64,000 nucleotides of DNA from the human T2T-CHM13v2.0 reference genome, Homo sapiens (GCF_009914755.1 NC_060933.1), one strand, 5' to 3'. Positions 1 through 15,289 are shown, counted from the first letter of the stretch. The notes: generated by a model from the letters alone, not told the origin. Program-made: numbers and translations.

Positions 1-75
1 GCAAATACTACTGATCATGGTTGGTTGGTTTGCTTTCCAGTAAAGTGGTTATTAAGCATTTACCAGCACCCACTG
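1..75. mobile_element. Terminal fragment of an old hAT (Tip100-like) DNA transposon
   Basis: Ends in ...GCATTTACCAGCACCCACTG, resembling the CAGTGGTGTGCTGGTAAATG terminal inverted repeat of Arthur/ORSL-type elements; cut by the window edge. Confidence 0.3.
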
Positions 76-1123
76 GCCATCTGCCACTGCTCAGGTGGGC
101 TTGTGCCAGTTTTATCACCTTTCTAAACTTTTTCTCTATTTACACAATGAGAATCACAATTCCATTCCATACAGCCATTTTTTTTTCTAAATGAGGACAG
201 TGAGTATGACAGTGCTTTGTAAATTACAAAGCAATTGACAACAACTGCATTTTTAATCCTCATACCCTTATCTATACAATATATGAGAATCTTCCTGCTT
301 TCCTTTGCCTCCAGGAAACCAAGAGGTTCATATTGACCTTTCTTTTTTTCTCTTTTTTAATGTTTATACCCCTAGTTTTAAATTTAAATGGAGGATTGCA
401 AAGTTTTTTCTCTTTTTTCAAGAAGAATGCCAGAGTTAGGGACAGTGATATTTTCAAAGTGCAGGAAAGGCTGAAGCACTCCTTCCATTTGTTGGGTTCT
501 TGGCAAATGTGAACTGAGTGCCTGCTAGGAATCACCATGAGCTATTTGGAAGGTGCCTGGCATCCAGGTGGCAAAGGCCAGAGCAGTGCAGGCAAGCCTG
601 GGTCCACCCTGTGAAGTAGAATCCACTGTCATCTCCTCCACATGGTCACCCCATGCCCTGCTCTGGAATGGGCTTATCTCCACTATTCACAGGTCCAAAT
701 TCACTCATATCAGATGACTTCCACCAAAGGGGGTGATCCCTCAAAAATGCTAAACTCTTGTTCTCTTTTCTGAAACAAGGACTACCATTTCACTTTCAAA
801 AACAGATGTGCTCTCTACCTAGAGAATGTGTTGAGCAGATGACCCCATCCATGGCAATCTTTGTGAACGTTGGCAGCTGCTCCCTCATATCTTCTCTCCT
901 CTGTCACACAGTGTTGCTGTGCAAATCCCCACAGCCTCCAACCCTTGTGACAGAGGTTTCCACAGAAGCACTTTTATCTCTTGGTCTTCACTGCTTCAAC
1001 AGTTCCCTGAATTTCTCCTGAACACTGGGCTGAAATGGTCAGTACTGATGAAGACTTTGAGCTACAGAAGGCTCTCCTCAGTCACCTGTCTCCCAGTCTT
1101 GCTGAGTACTAGGGAGGACCACA

Positions 1124-1490
1124 TGATATGGTTTGGGTTTGTGTCCCCACCCAAATCTCATATCGAATTGTAATCCCCAGGTATCGAGGGAAGGAATTGG
1201 TGGAAGGTGATGGGATTATAGGGCTGGTTTCCCCCATGCTATTCTCACGATAGTGAGTGAGTTCTCACGAGATCTGATAGTTTCATAAGGGACTCTCTCC
1301 CCTTCACTTCCTTCACACACTATCTCACCTGCTGCCATGTAAGATGTGCCTGCTTCCCCTTCAGCCATGATTGTAAGTTTCCTGAGGCCTCCCAAGCCAT
1401 GCAGAACTGTGAGCCAATCAAACTTCTTTTCTTTAGAAATTACCCAGTCTTGGGCGATTCTTTATGGCAGTGTGAGAACGGACTAATACA
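1124..1490 (+). mobile_element. THE1D-like MaLR solo LTR
   Basis: Starts TGATATGGTTTGG...CCCCACCCAAATCTCAT and ends ...GGACTAATACA; perfect 5-bp TSD CCACA (1119-1123 / 1491-1495). Confidence 0.9.
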
Positions 1491-1996
1491 CCACATTACT
1501 GTGACTCTCACCTGGCAGGTTTTGCACCTTTTCCTAGTTCAAAATCTTTTCTACACTCAAGCAGATGATGCATCCGCAATGTTTCCCAACTTCTTGAAAA
1601 TGTAGTTTAGCAAAAGCAAGAATGAATGGGTCCAATCAACAATAGCTTCTGTTTGAGGCAAGCATAGTCCATAGCTGTTTGCTCTATTCAAGAAGCTTGA
1701 TTCCTCTCAACTATGCAAGTATGTATTATTAAATGTCAGATTGTCTCAGTCCATTCAGACTGCTATACCAAAATACCACAGACTGGGGGGCTTATACACA
1801 ACAGACATTTCTTTCTCACAGTTCTGAAGGCTGGAAGTCCAACATCAAGGTTCTCAGAGATTCCATGACTGGTGAGGGCTCTCTTCTTTGTTCACAGATG
1901 GTGCCTCCTCACTGTGTCCTCACATGGTTGAAGGAAAGCACTCTGGTTTCTTTAGCCTATGAGGGTCCTCATCCCCTCATGAAGCTCTGCCCCCAT

Positions 1997-3526
1997 TGAG
2001 AGGCGACAGCGTGCTGGCAGCCCTTGCAGCCCTCACTCGCTCTGGGCACCTCCTCGGCCTTGGTGCCCACTCTGGCCACGCTTGAGGAGCCCTTCAGCCC
2101 ACCGCTGCACTGTGGGAGCCCCTTTCTGGGCTGGCCAAGGCCAGAGCCGGCTCCCTCAGCTTGAGGGGAGGTGTGGAGGGAGAGGCGCAGGCGGGAACCG
2201 GGGCTGCGTGCACACTTGCGGGCCAGCGCGAGTTCTGGGCGGGCGTGGGCCCGGCGGGCCCCGCACTTGGAGCGGCCAGCTGGCCCGCAAGCCCCAGGCA
2301 ATGAGGGGCTTAACACCTGGGCCAGCAGCTGCTGTGCTTGATTTCTCACCAGGCCTTAGCTGCCTCCCCGCAGGGCAGGGCTTGGGACCTGCAGCCAACC
2401 ATGCCTGAGCCTCCCCCCCACCCCCGCCCCATGTGGGCTGCTGTGCAGCCGGAGCCTCCCCGACGACCCTGCTCCACAGTGCCCAGTCCCATCCACCACC
2501 CAATGGCTGAGGAGTGCCGGCGAACAGCGCGGGACTGGCAGGCAGCTCCACCTGCAGCACTGGTGTGGGATCCACTGGGTGAAGCCAGGTGGGCTCCTGA
2601 GTCTCCTGGGGGCTTGGAGAACCTTTATGTCTAGCTAAGGGATTGCAAATACACCAATCGGCACTCTGTATCTAGCTCAAGGTTTGTAAACACACCAATC
2701 AGCACCCTGTGTCTAGCTCAGGGTTTGTGAATGCACCAATGGACACTCTGCATCTAGCTACTCTGGTGGGGACTTGGCGAACCTTTATGTCTAGCTAAGG
2801 GATTGTAAATACACCAATCAGCACTCTGTATCTAGCTCAAGGTTTGTAAACACACCAATCAGCACCCTGTGTCCAGCACAGGGTTTGTGAATGCACCAAT
2901 CGACACTCTGTATCTAGCTATTCTGGTGGAGAGGCGGAGAACTTTTGTGTCTAGCTCAGGGATTGTAAATGCACCAATCAGCACCCTGTCAAAACAGACC
3001 AGTCAGCTCTCTGTAAAACAGACCAATCAGCTCTCTGTAAAATGGACCAATCAGCAGGATGTGGGTGGGGCCAGATAAGGAAATAAAAGCAGGCTGCCGG
3101 AGCCAGCAGTGGCAACCCGCTGGGGTCCCCTTCAACGCTGTGGAAGCTGTGGTCTTTACCTCTTTGCAATAAATCTTGCTGATGCTCACTCTTTGGGTTC
3201 ACACTGCCTTTATGAGCTGTAACACTCACCATGAAGGTCTGCAGCTTCACTCCTGAAGTCAGTGAGACCACGAACCCACCAGGAGGAACGAACAACTCCA
3301 GACGTGCTGCCTTAAGAGATGTAACGCTCACCGCGAAGGTCTGTAGCTTCACTCCTGAGCCAGCAAGACCACAACCCACCAGAAGGAAGAAACTCCGAAC
3401 ACATCCGAACATCAGAAAGAACAAACTCCGGACACGCCACCTTTAAGAACTGTAACACTCACTGCAAGGGTCTGCGGCTTCTTTCTTGAAGTCAGTGAGA
3501 CCAAGAACCCACCAATTCCGGACACA
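1997..3526 (+). mobile_element. Full-length LTR12C (ERV9) solo LTR
   Basis: Starts TGAGAGGCGACAGCGTGCTGGCAG and ends CCAATTCCGGACACA; CpG-rich U3; ~41-bp TCTAGCT/CCAAT tandem repeats; 4-bp TSD CCAT/TCAT. Confidence 0.95.
2654..3090 (+). promoter_or_regulatory. LTR12C enhancer/promoter core (NF-Y array, GC/GT box, GATA, TATA-like)
   Basis: Nine CCAAT boxes at 2654, 2695, 2736, 2814, 2855, 2896, 2974, 3023 and 3047; GTGGGTGGGG 3061-3070; GATAA ~3074; AATAAAA ~3082. Confidence 0.75.
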
Positions 3527-3689
3527 TCATGATGTGATCACCTCCCAAGTGCCCTACCTCCTAACACCATCACATTGTGATTAGAATTTCAACAGATGAA
3601 TTTAGGAGGACACAAACATTCAGTCCATAGCACAGAAGCTGAGGTAAGAATTTACAAAGACGATCTCTTTTAAGCCTGACAGCAGACCT

Positions 3690-3828
3690 GTAGGAATTGT
3701 TATTCCATTTTACAGATGAGAAAATAGACTCAGAAGAGGTTAAAACCATAGCTAAGGCCACACAGCTGTAAGTGGTGGCCAGATTCCAACCCATGTATGT
3801 TCAACTGCAGACCCAGTGCTTTTAACCT
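3690..3828 (-). mobile_element. MIR SINE
   Basis: Core CCATTTTACAGATGAGAAAATAGACTCAGAAGAGGTTAA...AAGGCCACACAGCT. Confidence 0.8.
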
Positions 3829-4078
3829 CCAACCCATCCTGTCTCATTAACAACCCCAAAGTAAGGTAGAACTTCCCAGCTAGTTCCTATTCTAAAATCA
3901 TGTTATGATCAAGAAAATTTTCTATAAAAGTTGTATTGTCAATTTAAACATACAATAGAAATTCATTTAAATAAACTACAGCATACTCATTTGCAATAAT
4001 ATGCAATCTTTAAAAATTATAAATTATTTTAACGTATCTTGTTAAATGAAAAAGCACATCAGAAAACAGCAAGTACTC

Positions 4079-4499
<421 letters not shown>

Positions 4500-4561
4500 C
4501 TACATGGAAAATAATCTTGTTACAAAACGTTATGAACTATGCTCCTTATATGAAATGTATG

Positions 4562-5305
<744 letters not shown>

Positions 5306-5520
5306 TATCTCTTTATGTAATGTTTGTATACATATGCATAGATCCAAATATGTATATGTATTGTACGTTAGTATATGTATACAAACATAGTTACCTCTGA
5401 TGATGGTGTCACAAGTAATCATTTCTTTTTCTTATGCTCACATTCCACATTTCTATAACTGATACGTATTATCTGCAATCAGAAACAAAGCAATAAAAAC
5501 ACTTTTAAAACTATGTGTAT

Positions 5521-5820
5521 GGCCAGGCACAGTGGCTCACGCCTATAATCCCAGCGCTTTGGGAGGCCGAGGTGGGTGGATCACGAGGTCAGGAGTTCAA
5601 GACCAGCCTGGCCAAGATGGTGAAACCCCATCTCTACTAAAAATACAAAAATTAGCTGGGTATGGTGGCAGGCACCTGTAATCCCAGCTACTTGGGAGGC
5701 TGAGGCAAAGAATTGCTTGAACCAGGAGGCGGAGGTTGCAGTGATCCAAGATCGCGCCATTGCACTCCAGCCTGGCAACAGAGCAAGACTCAGTCTCAAA
5801 ACAAAACAAAATTAAAAAAA
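5521..5820 (+). mobile_element. AluSg-type
   Basis: GATCACGAGGTCAGGAGTTC and GGCCAAGATGG diagnostics; TSD AAAAC(T/C)ATGTGTA. Confidence 0.88.
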
Positions 5821-6019
5821 CCATGTGTACAATGATTTCAGGTAAATAAAATTCATTAAAGGCATTCTACCATTTTTACATTTACTCCTCACTCTCCATT
5901 TAATTGGCATGTCTCTGGTGACTGAGACATTGTAGTAACTAAGGTGACATTGGTCTATCTCATGAAATTCCCTAGAATCTCATAGAATTTACATTCAAAT
6001 AAGGAGACATTTAGGAAAA

Positions 6020-7210
<1,191 letters not shown>

Positions 7211-7339
7211 TTTAAATGCAGACAAAAATACAAAGTAATTCCCCCAAAAAATGCAAGATAGAATATATTTAGCATGCAACATTTAGATTAATAGAATGGA
7301 GGAAGTAAAAATTTTTTACATCAGCATGTAATTCCACCA

Positions 7340-7995
7340 TTGTGGTAGGAATGCTGAGGAACAATATGAGAGTGAGGAGTGGTTTTGGAGAATAGCAAGT
7401 GAGGCTCCAGGCTCGGGTTTTACCAGGCGAGCCTGGGGGCCTTTCCAATGACTTGCCTTTCTAACTGCCACTGAGCCCCTCAGGTTGGGGGAAAGGCGTC
7501 CCCAGCAACTGCTGGAGGCAGGGGAGATGGGCGCTCCGCTGGATCTGGTGGGGAATGAGTGTGCAGGTGACCAGGAGGCAAGGAGGCCAGGGACTAGATC
7601 AAGCGAGACTTCCCAGGCAGGGGCACTGGGAGTGGAGACAATGGAAGAGTATGAAGCCCAGCACTGCCATGTTGTCATTTGCATTCCAGAGGGTCCCTCT
7701 GAGTGCTGGGTCAAGACTGGATTGAGGCGTGGAGGGGCAGCCAGGTGATAGGGAGGGAGGGCTGGATTCAGTGGTGAGGATGGAGAAAGGGACAGGTTCA
7801 GAGTGTGAGTGGGCAGATGTTCTGTGTACCAAGAGGAAGGACGTAGAAGAAGAGCCCAGTAAGGAGAGAAGATCAACAGTAGGGCTTGAGCTTCCCTGAG
7901 AGTGGAAGACAGGGACGCAGAAGATAGGCCAGGCCGCAGTTGTCCAAACAAGACAGTGTTTAAAGAAATGCTGAGCACCATTTCAGAGTTCTGTA
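7340..7995 (-). mobile_element. Highly diverged L2 LINE fragment
   Basis: Purine-rich run GAAGAAGAGCCCAGTAAGGAGAGAAG...AAGACAGTGTTTAAAGAAATG...TTTCAGAGTTCTG matches the typical antisense L2 ORF2 pattern. Confidence 0.5.
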
Positions 7996-8964
7996 ACAAA
8001 AAGGAAGGGGGGGCCCGATCCCTGAACCTGCGGCATTCCACCTGGTGAAGCAGGAAGATGAGCCGACACGCTTAGCCCTAGTAAAATTTGTGAAGCCTCT
8101 GTTTCTTCCAGCCTTTTAAAAGGGTACAAGGCAAAATTTCTGCTGACACCATGAAAGCACTTCCAACAAGGGCTTTTTCCTCTCAGTCTAGACCAGCATT
8201 AACCCCACAAGGTCCTGCATAAACAGCAGCCGTTCCCCACAAGTGATTGCGATTTCTGAAACAAAACAGGGTTTTACAACCCAGGAGGTCCTGGAGGAAA
8301 TGAAGCGGGATTGTAACACATTCCTCCTAGGAATTTTCAGGACAATTCCCCTTGGGTGGCATCTGAACTCAACAAATAGCTTCATGAAAACACTCCAGAG
8401 GGGTCCTTTCCTTTAGATGTTTACCATATTAGAAATCAAATGTTGACCCTCAACTGACCAAGGGCCTGGGAAAAGACTTCAAGGAGTTGAGTCAGCACTG
8501 AGCTTAGTTTGCTAAGTCTTGTGTCTCTTTCTTCGAGGGTAGTGTGGACAGATGGCAGCAGTGGTGAATAGTAGGGGCTGTGGCCATTCAAATCTCCATC
8601 CACATCCACAGCAGAGGGGCACCCCACTTGAGTTTGCTTTTCAGTTTCTTTTCTCAAAAGTTACACTTTTCTATACAAACACTTTCTTTTTATTCACAGT
8701 ATAGACTAAATTAACCCAGACATAAAACTATGATTTCCTACCGTGATCTTCCCTGGCTCAAAAAGATAAGTGAAAACATGAAGGGGAGGCTCTCCATGAG
8801 AAGGGGAGCCAGGCTATCCCCATGGCCGTGGCAGGGGTTGGAGGATAGACAGTGTCCTTCGTCTGTTCCAGAATGAGGGAGAGCTGGTCCTGTGGGCAAA
8901 GCCACATTGGCCATTGGGTCTCTGCCCCAACTCCTACCACCTTCTCCTAAAAATATTTCCTCCT

Positions 8965-9645
8965 CCACTTCATACCCATTAGGATGGCTACTATCAAAAA
9001 GGTAGGGGGAAAATTGGACCTTCATGCACTTCTGGTGGAAATGTAAAATCATGCAGCTGCTGTGGTAAACATTGTGGTGGTACCTCAAAATGTTAAACAG
9101 AGTTACCACAGCACCCAGCAATTCCACTCCTGGGTATCTACCCAAAAGAATTAACAGCAGGGTTTCAAAGAAATATTTGTAGAAACGTGTTTATAGCAGC
9201 ACTGTTTTTCACAATAGATACAGTGTGGAAGCAACCTAAATGTCCATTAACGAATGCAGAAACAAAATGTGGACATACATGTGACGGAAAATTATTCAGC
9301 CTTGAAAAGGAAGGAAGTTCTGACCCACACTACAACATGGATGAAACTTGAGAACATTATACTGAGTGAAATAAGCCAGACACAGGACAAATCCTGTGTG
9401 ATTCCACTTATACGAGGTACCAAGAGTAGTCAAATTCACAGAGACAGAAAGTAGAATGGTGGCTGGGAGGGGAGTTAGTGTTTAATGGGAATGGAGATTC
9501 CATTTGGGATGATGAAAAAGTTCCAGAAATGGATAGTGATGATGGGTACACAACACTGTAAATGTACTTAATGCCACTAATTGTACAGTTAAAAACAACT
9601 AAAATGCCAAATGTTGTGCATATTTTATCACAACACAAAAACAGT
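8965..9645 (+). mobile_element. L1MB-type LINE-1 3' end
   Basis: CCCAGCAATTCCACTCCTGGGTAT, GATGAAAAAGTTCCAGAAATGGATAGTG, ACTTAATGCCACTAATTGTAC. Confidence 0.88.
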
Positions 9646-10256
9646 TTTTAAAAATCCTCCCTTATCCTGTTGCTGGTAAATATGAAAAAAGAATAAAGTA
9701 TCTCAAGCACTTTCTTTGCAGTACATAGTGATGGTCAAGGGACTCTCTAAGATGTCCACAGTCACACAATCAGCTTCCAAAGTCTCTTTGCAGAAAAAGG
9801 AACCCAGCCATTGGTTAACTAGATTTAGTTAGAATTGTACCGTTACTTGATTTTCAAGCCTTGACTCCAGCTGGTCTTTGGTTTCTAGTCCAAGGTATGA
9901 TACTCTGATGGCAGAGCCCACAGAAACTCCAGGGGCAAGTGGACACAGCACCTCTCAGCTAAAATGCTGCTGTGGTTAACACAGTGAACTAAAACCACCA
10001 CACCCAGGATCCCTACATGGTAGAGGATTTAGACTCAATTGTATATTCTCATAGCAACCGTAAAATTTCTTAAAAGATCAGACATTTTGAAGGTCAACTC
10101 TAGTTCCAGCACTGACATGATCCGCCTATGCTGGGATAAATGGAATCAACCACAAAAAGTGATCATTCATTATAAATAGTATTTAAGCAAAAGTACAAAT
10201 GGTACATAGTGGCTCAATGAACACAAAATCCAGTTAGCTCTTTGACAAACCTGTTA

Positions 10257-10688
<432 letters not shown>

Positions 10689-10954
10689 CTAGAAAAAATA
10701 ATTGCCCTCCAATTGTTTCTCAATCATGCTTTTCAAAAAATACATTATGATTTAGATTTAAAATAGTAAGCATTTGAGCAAAATTCTTTGGATGCAAGAA
10801 TGTCACAAGCAGGCTTTGAAAACAATTTTTTTAAGAAAACATGCCGCATTCATTTCTTAAACACGCTGAGAACTACTGTAATTATTTCAATGAGAAATTC
10901 CTGCGAACTCCTCCTGTCTCCTTATGTCTGCTTCCTCTCAGCGAGTCACAATGT

Positions 10955-10980
10955 GTTTCCATGGCAACTCTGTTGCTAAG
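10955..10980. promoter_or_regulatory. Consensus RFX X-box plus adjacent half-site
   Basis: GTTTCCATGGCAAC (10955-10968) matches GTTNCCATGGNAAC exactly; GTTGCTAAG at 10972-10980; lies in unique sequence. Confidence 0.6.
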
Positions 10981-11649
10981 GGGGGACCCCGTAAGTACAT
11001 CAGCGTGTTATCTGCAGCATTGAGATGGTGTTAGCCCAAGAGGCCAGGTTGGCTGGAACATTTAGATTTAATTTAGTGCCATTTTCTTTCATCTACTCAC
11101 AATGCATTCACCAGAAACTGTTAGAGATTGTCCCTGTGAGAAGGAGAACTATGGCCACTTCCTAGGTTATCCTCTGGGCTTTCATGCTGTTTCAATTACA
11201 TCGACCTTCCTTTTAGAACCTGTTCACCATCATCCTGTGACTTAGCGACGCTAGAATCATAAGAAAAAACAATAATAGCAATTACAAACACTACTAAAAT
11301 GCCACGAGACTGCTTTTGTTGAATGTTTATAAATGGCAAGTATAAACCAAACATAAGTTGTCAGAAATAAATAGCATTTGAATCATTAATCTGAAAGATA
11401 TTAAACAGTAAATGTTTAGAAAGCCCCAAATGAAGCAAATCAAAATATTTTTGGAGTCTCCCTTTCAATGTCTCTGAAATCGTATTCTGGCAAACAGATT
11501 GTGTAACATTTCATCAGAAATCCTGATTGGAATCCAGAATCTTCCACCCAGTCAACTTTCATGGACTGTGTTATTTGTTAGGGACAAGTTTTATTATTGT
11601 AAGGGATAATTCCTTAAAGTGGCTCATTTCCTGATTGCATTTTCTTTAG

Positions 11650-12040
11650 CTCCTGACTCTGTATAATGAAAGAGGACCTTCCTGTTGATACTATGGTGGT
11701 TGTCTTTGATCAGAAAACCCCTGAAAACCTTATGCGGGACTCATCCAGTGCAAACTGGGAAAATGTACTGCATCAGGAGACAGGCATTCCTAGCTACCTT
11801 GGGCACCCACTGCCTTGGAAGAGCCATGCTGATACCAACTCTCCAACCCTCCAGCTACATGCGTGGTGACAAAAGGGAAGTACCAGCCAGATGCAATTCT
11901 CAATGCCTCAGCCAATCCCCACCAGGGGGTCTGTTCTGGGGCCACCTGGTGAAATCGAGAAGCCAGGATGCTGAAGCGCCAGGAGAGGCAGCCACAAGTG
12001 GCCAGGGCAAGCCTAGCCACCCAGGAACTCTCAGGCGGGT
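11650..12040 (+). other. Candidate non-coding exon
   Basis: Acceptor CTGATTGCATTTTCTTTAG|C (AG 11648-11649) and donor GGT|GTAAGC (GT 12041-12042) in unique sequence; no recognisable protein. Confidence 0.25.
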
Positions 12041-13416
12041 GTAAGCGTGGAGTTTCATCCAGCCCAGAATGAATGCCCGCTCCTGGGGGGTTTGTTCTGC
12101 CCCACCTCCTTCCCTGCTGCCTTGGACCTATTCCTGCACTCTCAACACTCACCCGGACCAGGGGAAGGTGTGGAGAAGAGAGCTAGTGGTCAGGGCATTT
12201 GCCTCAGGATGACCAGCCATCACAGTGCACCTGAAATTCCCCATTCCAAAGAACCCTATGTCCCCTGAAGCTCTTCTGGTTTCCATGCTGATGAATGAAT
12301 ATGCACCTTGTAGAGTTGACAGTTTTATCATCAGTCCCAACCTTCCTTCTTGGCTAAGTCCAGGCTATTCCTGTGCAGTCGGCCTTCAGTTTCACTCAGA
12401 AACTGTATCTCAACATTCAGATTCGATATACAAATATCTGCAAAATGAAAAATGAATGTGGAAAAAAGTGAAAATGAATTGCCCAAGTGTTTCCCTTTTA
12501 ATTAACTGGCCCTTTCTGCATTTGCAAAAGAAAAAGTTTCAGTTCATGACTGTGGGAAAGCTGTCACACTGACAAGCCCCTGCGAGGCCTAAGTTGGGTG
12601 AACACCTGGCCCTGGCCCTGCGTGCCTGGTCAGGTCAGCTTCTGAAAACCTGGAGGAAGCCCTGTGCTTGGCCCCAGGAGCTGCTGTGTGTGACCTTGGT
12701 GAGGACGGTTAAAAAGCAACCAATGAACTTTCCCTGCAGAAAAAGCAGAGCAATGAAAAGCCAGAGGGACCGAGCTTCACAGAAACAGGTTTGAAGCTGG
12801 CCTGTCTTGATGGGGAATGAGGGCTGGTGATGGGGGAGTGTGCATGGGTCTTAGGACCTGCCCCTCCATGGCCCTCCCTGTTTCTACAACCCCAAGGCTG
12901 GAAAACAAAAACTCAAATCAGCAGCCACTTGCCAAGCACTGACCACGTGGCAGGTGGGCTGTCAAGCCCTTCACAGGCCTGCTCCACAGCATTCTCACAA
13001 ACCCAAAGGCAGTCATCACCCCATCTGGTGGCTTATGGAGAGGCCAAGGAAACTTCCTGATGAGGGATAGGTGAGGGGACGCCAAGAAGTGAACTTGCTG
13101 GCTCTGACGCACTGAGTCAGCGGCTCTGGGAGACACCCCACCCCAGGCGACCACCTTCCTTATAACTCCACTCCAAAACAGGAAGATTGGCTCTTGAGGG
13201 CTGACTCATCCTGAAGAGGCAAAATGCTACAGGACCCCATCTCTACCGCAATGCACATCACACAACCCAAGGTGAGAATCTCATCCACTCTTATCCAACT
13301 TCTCCATGTTCAGTCAGTGCACCCTTCCTTCCCTAAATAGAGATGGCCCAGGACGATGTCCGCCTCCTTTGTCCAGGGATGATGTCTTCAGGCCATGTGC
13401 ATGACTCCATGTCATA

Positions 13417-13567
13417 CAGACACACAAATAGGGACTCTACACACATACAGACTCTACACACCACACTCACACCCTACATACCACAGACACACACCACACA
13501 CTACACACACACCATGCAGCACACACCTGCACAAAACATGCAAACATACACACACCCCACCCCACAC
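13417..13567. repeat. CA-rich low-complexity tract
   Basis: Degenerate (CA/CAC)n sequence. Confidence 0.75.
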
Positions 13568-13574
13568 CAGCATC

Positions 13575-13869
13575 AACCCCATTATCTCAGAATGTGGCTG
13601 TATTTGGAGTCAGAGCCTTTAAAGAGGTGATTCAGGTAAAATGAGGCCATTAAGATGGGTGCTGATCCAGTATGACCCATGTCCTCATAAGAAGAGGAGA
13701 TGAGGACACAGACACCCACAGAGGGGCAACCATGTAAGGACACAAGAGAAGATGCCATCTACAAGCCAAGGAGCGAGACCATCCCTGCTGACACCTTGAT
13801 CTGGGACTTCCAGCCCACAAAATAAATGTCTGTGGTGCTTTGTCATGGCAGCCCCAGCAAAGGAATACA
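13575..13869 (+). mobile_element. MLT1B-like MaLR LTR (partial)
   Basis: TCAGAATGTGGCTGTATTTGGAG...CTTTAAAGAGGTGATT...GCCATCTACAAGCCAAGGAG...ATGGCAGCCCCAGCAAAGGAATACA. Confidence 0.85.
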
Positions 13870-14679
13870 AGGATCATCTGGATGCCTTACTCAATCATTT
13901 GCAGAGCCATGCAGTAAAAGTATAAAACTTTTTACAATTCTTTCTCACGAAAAACTTTCTTAAATGTGTTTCAAACTCCCTTGCCTTAATAAATAAAAAT
14001 TACAAAGTGTGATTAAGTATTATTGTGATGAATGATTTCCTCCAGCTATGGTCATAATTAATCCTTCTGATGTGTGTAGTAGATGATATGGGAAATTATT
14101 GTAAATATGAATGCCATCCAAGATACAATCTTGAGTTTCCCTTGTCTTTAAGCTCCACACATTAGCTTTATTTTGGTGTTATTCCCCCTTTTATCCTAAA
14201 ATTAAGGTGAAGAATTGCCATTGTAATACTTGCTTCCAGTGTAAGATCACTGCCCTTTCAGGAGGGTTAAGTTGTAACTTGCAGAACAGAAAGGTCCTCC
14301 TGTAGGTGCTGTCTTTCCCACACACTGGAGTACCATATCACAGCCAGTTGCATCAGCTTCAGAAACACAGTTCACCTGTCCCTGTCAGGCCATTGCATTC
14401 CCAGACATTATCATCTCCCTGAGGACAGAAGGGACCACTGCAGATTTTAATCGCCACACTCTTTTTTTTCCCCCAGGGAAAACATTATCCGTTATGGTTT
14501 CTCTAGGCTACTGAAGACTCTGAAAGCCATAGAGCATCATTTTAGGTTCTTTACATTGATGTTAGATACTAGAGAGCAGCTGACTTCAGGAGAACAGACA
14601 ATAGCAGCAGCCGGCAGGCAACTAGAGCCCAGTCAGGCTCTAAGGAAGACTTCCATATTGTCTTGTGTTCATCAAAAAT

Positions 14680-15110
14680 ATTATTGAGGAATGTATTTGG
14701 AGCTGTAAGAGAAAACCTAGCAAAACCAAGGTTTAAACTAATTAGGAGTTATTTTTTCTTTATACAAAAAGCCATCAGGAGCCACGCAGTCCTAGCATTA
14801 TATCAGTAGGTCAAGGAGCAGAAGAGTATGTATTATCGTGGTCTTTTTCTCAAGTCAAGGGTGAAAGATGGCTCTGCCGTTCCAGCCATCACTTCCACAT
14901 TCCACTCAGAAAGGAGAAGGAAGCAACAAGGAAGAAAGGCTAGCCAAATTTTCCCAGAAACCTACAGCAGGTTTATGTCTCAAGGGCCAACACTGTGCCA
15001 TGGAGCCACCTCCGGCACAAGGGAGTCTGCAAAATTCAGCACACTGGCTGCACAATGCTGCCTCAGATGGTGAGTGCTCATGAGGAAGAAGATGAGGAAA
15101 TAGATGGTAA
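14680..15110 (-). mobile_element. Ancient MLT1 (J/K/L-like) LTR
   Basis: GCTGTAAGAGAAAACCTAGC...AAGATGGCTCTGCCGTTCCAGCCATCACTTCCACATTCCA...CAAGGGAGTCTGCAAAAT pattern. Confidence 0.55.
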
Positions 15111-15289
15111 ATAGATCATTGACCCAATCACCCAATTGGTAGACTTACAAAAATCTTTTTAAGTCATATATGCTTATAAAGTAAAAACATAGACTTCATA
15201 AGCTATCTCAGTCTCATTACTTTATAGTCAGGTGTTAATTATAAACATTTTGCACATGGAGTATTTCAGTAAAACTCACTGGAATTTTG

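Larger units (their letters stand above)
1742..3632 (-). mobile_element. MLT1A-family MaLR LTR split by an LTR12C insertion (pieces 1742-1996 and 3527-3632)
   Basis: TGTCTCAGTCCATTCAG...GGCTGGAAGTCCAACATCAAGG at the left, ...ACACAAACATTCAGTCCATAGCA at the right; near-TSD CAGAT/CAGAA. Confidence 0.85.

Noticed and set aside
1969-3446. Multiple overlapping 66-148 aa ORFs
   Set aside because: All lie within the GC-rich LTR12C and are typical LTR12 translation artefacts
7316-8041. Longest non-tandem ORF (241 aa, minus strand)
   Set aside because: Non-ATG (GTG) start, Ser/Pro/Leu-rich composition with no recognisable domain, and it overlies what looks like a decayed L2 element; no supporting exon structure
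8188-8657. Two minus-strand ORFs with protein-like composition (possible pseudogene)
   Set aside because: No family recognised, frames do not join, and no poly-A/TSD of a processed pseudogene; a tBLASTn search would be needed to revive the idea
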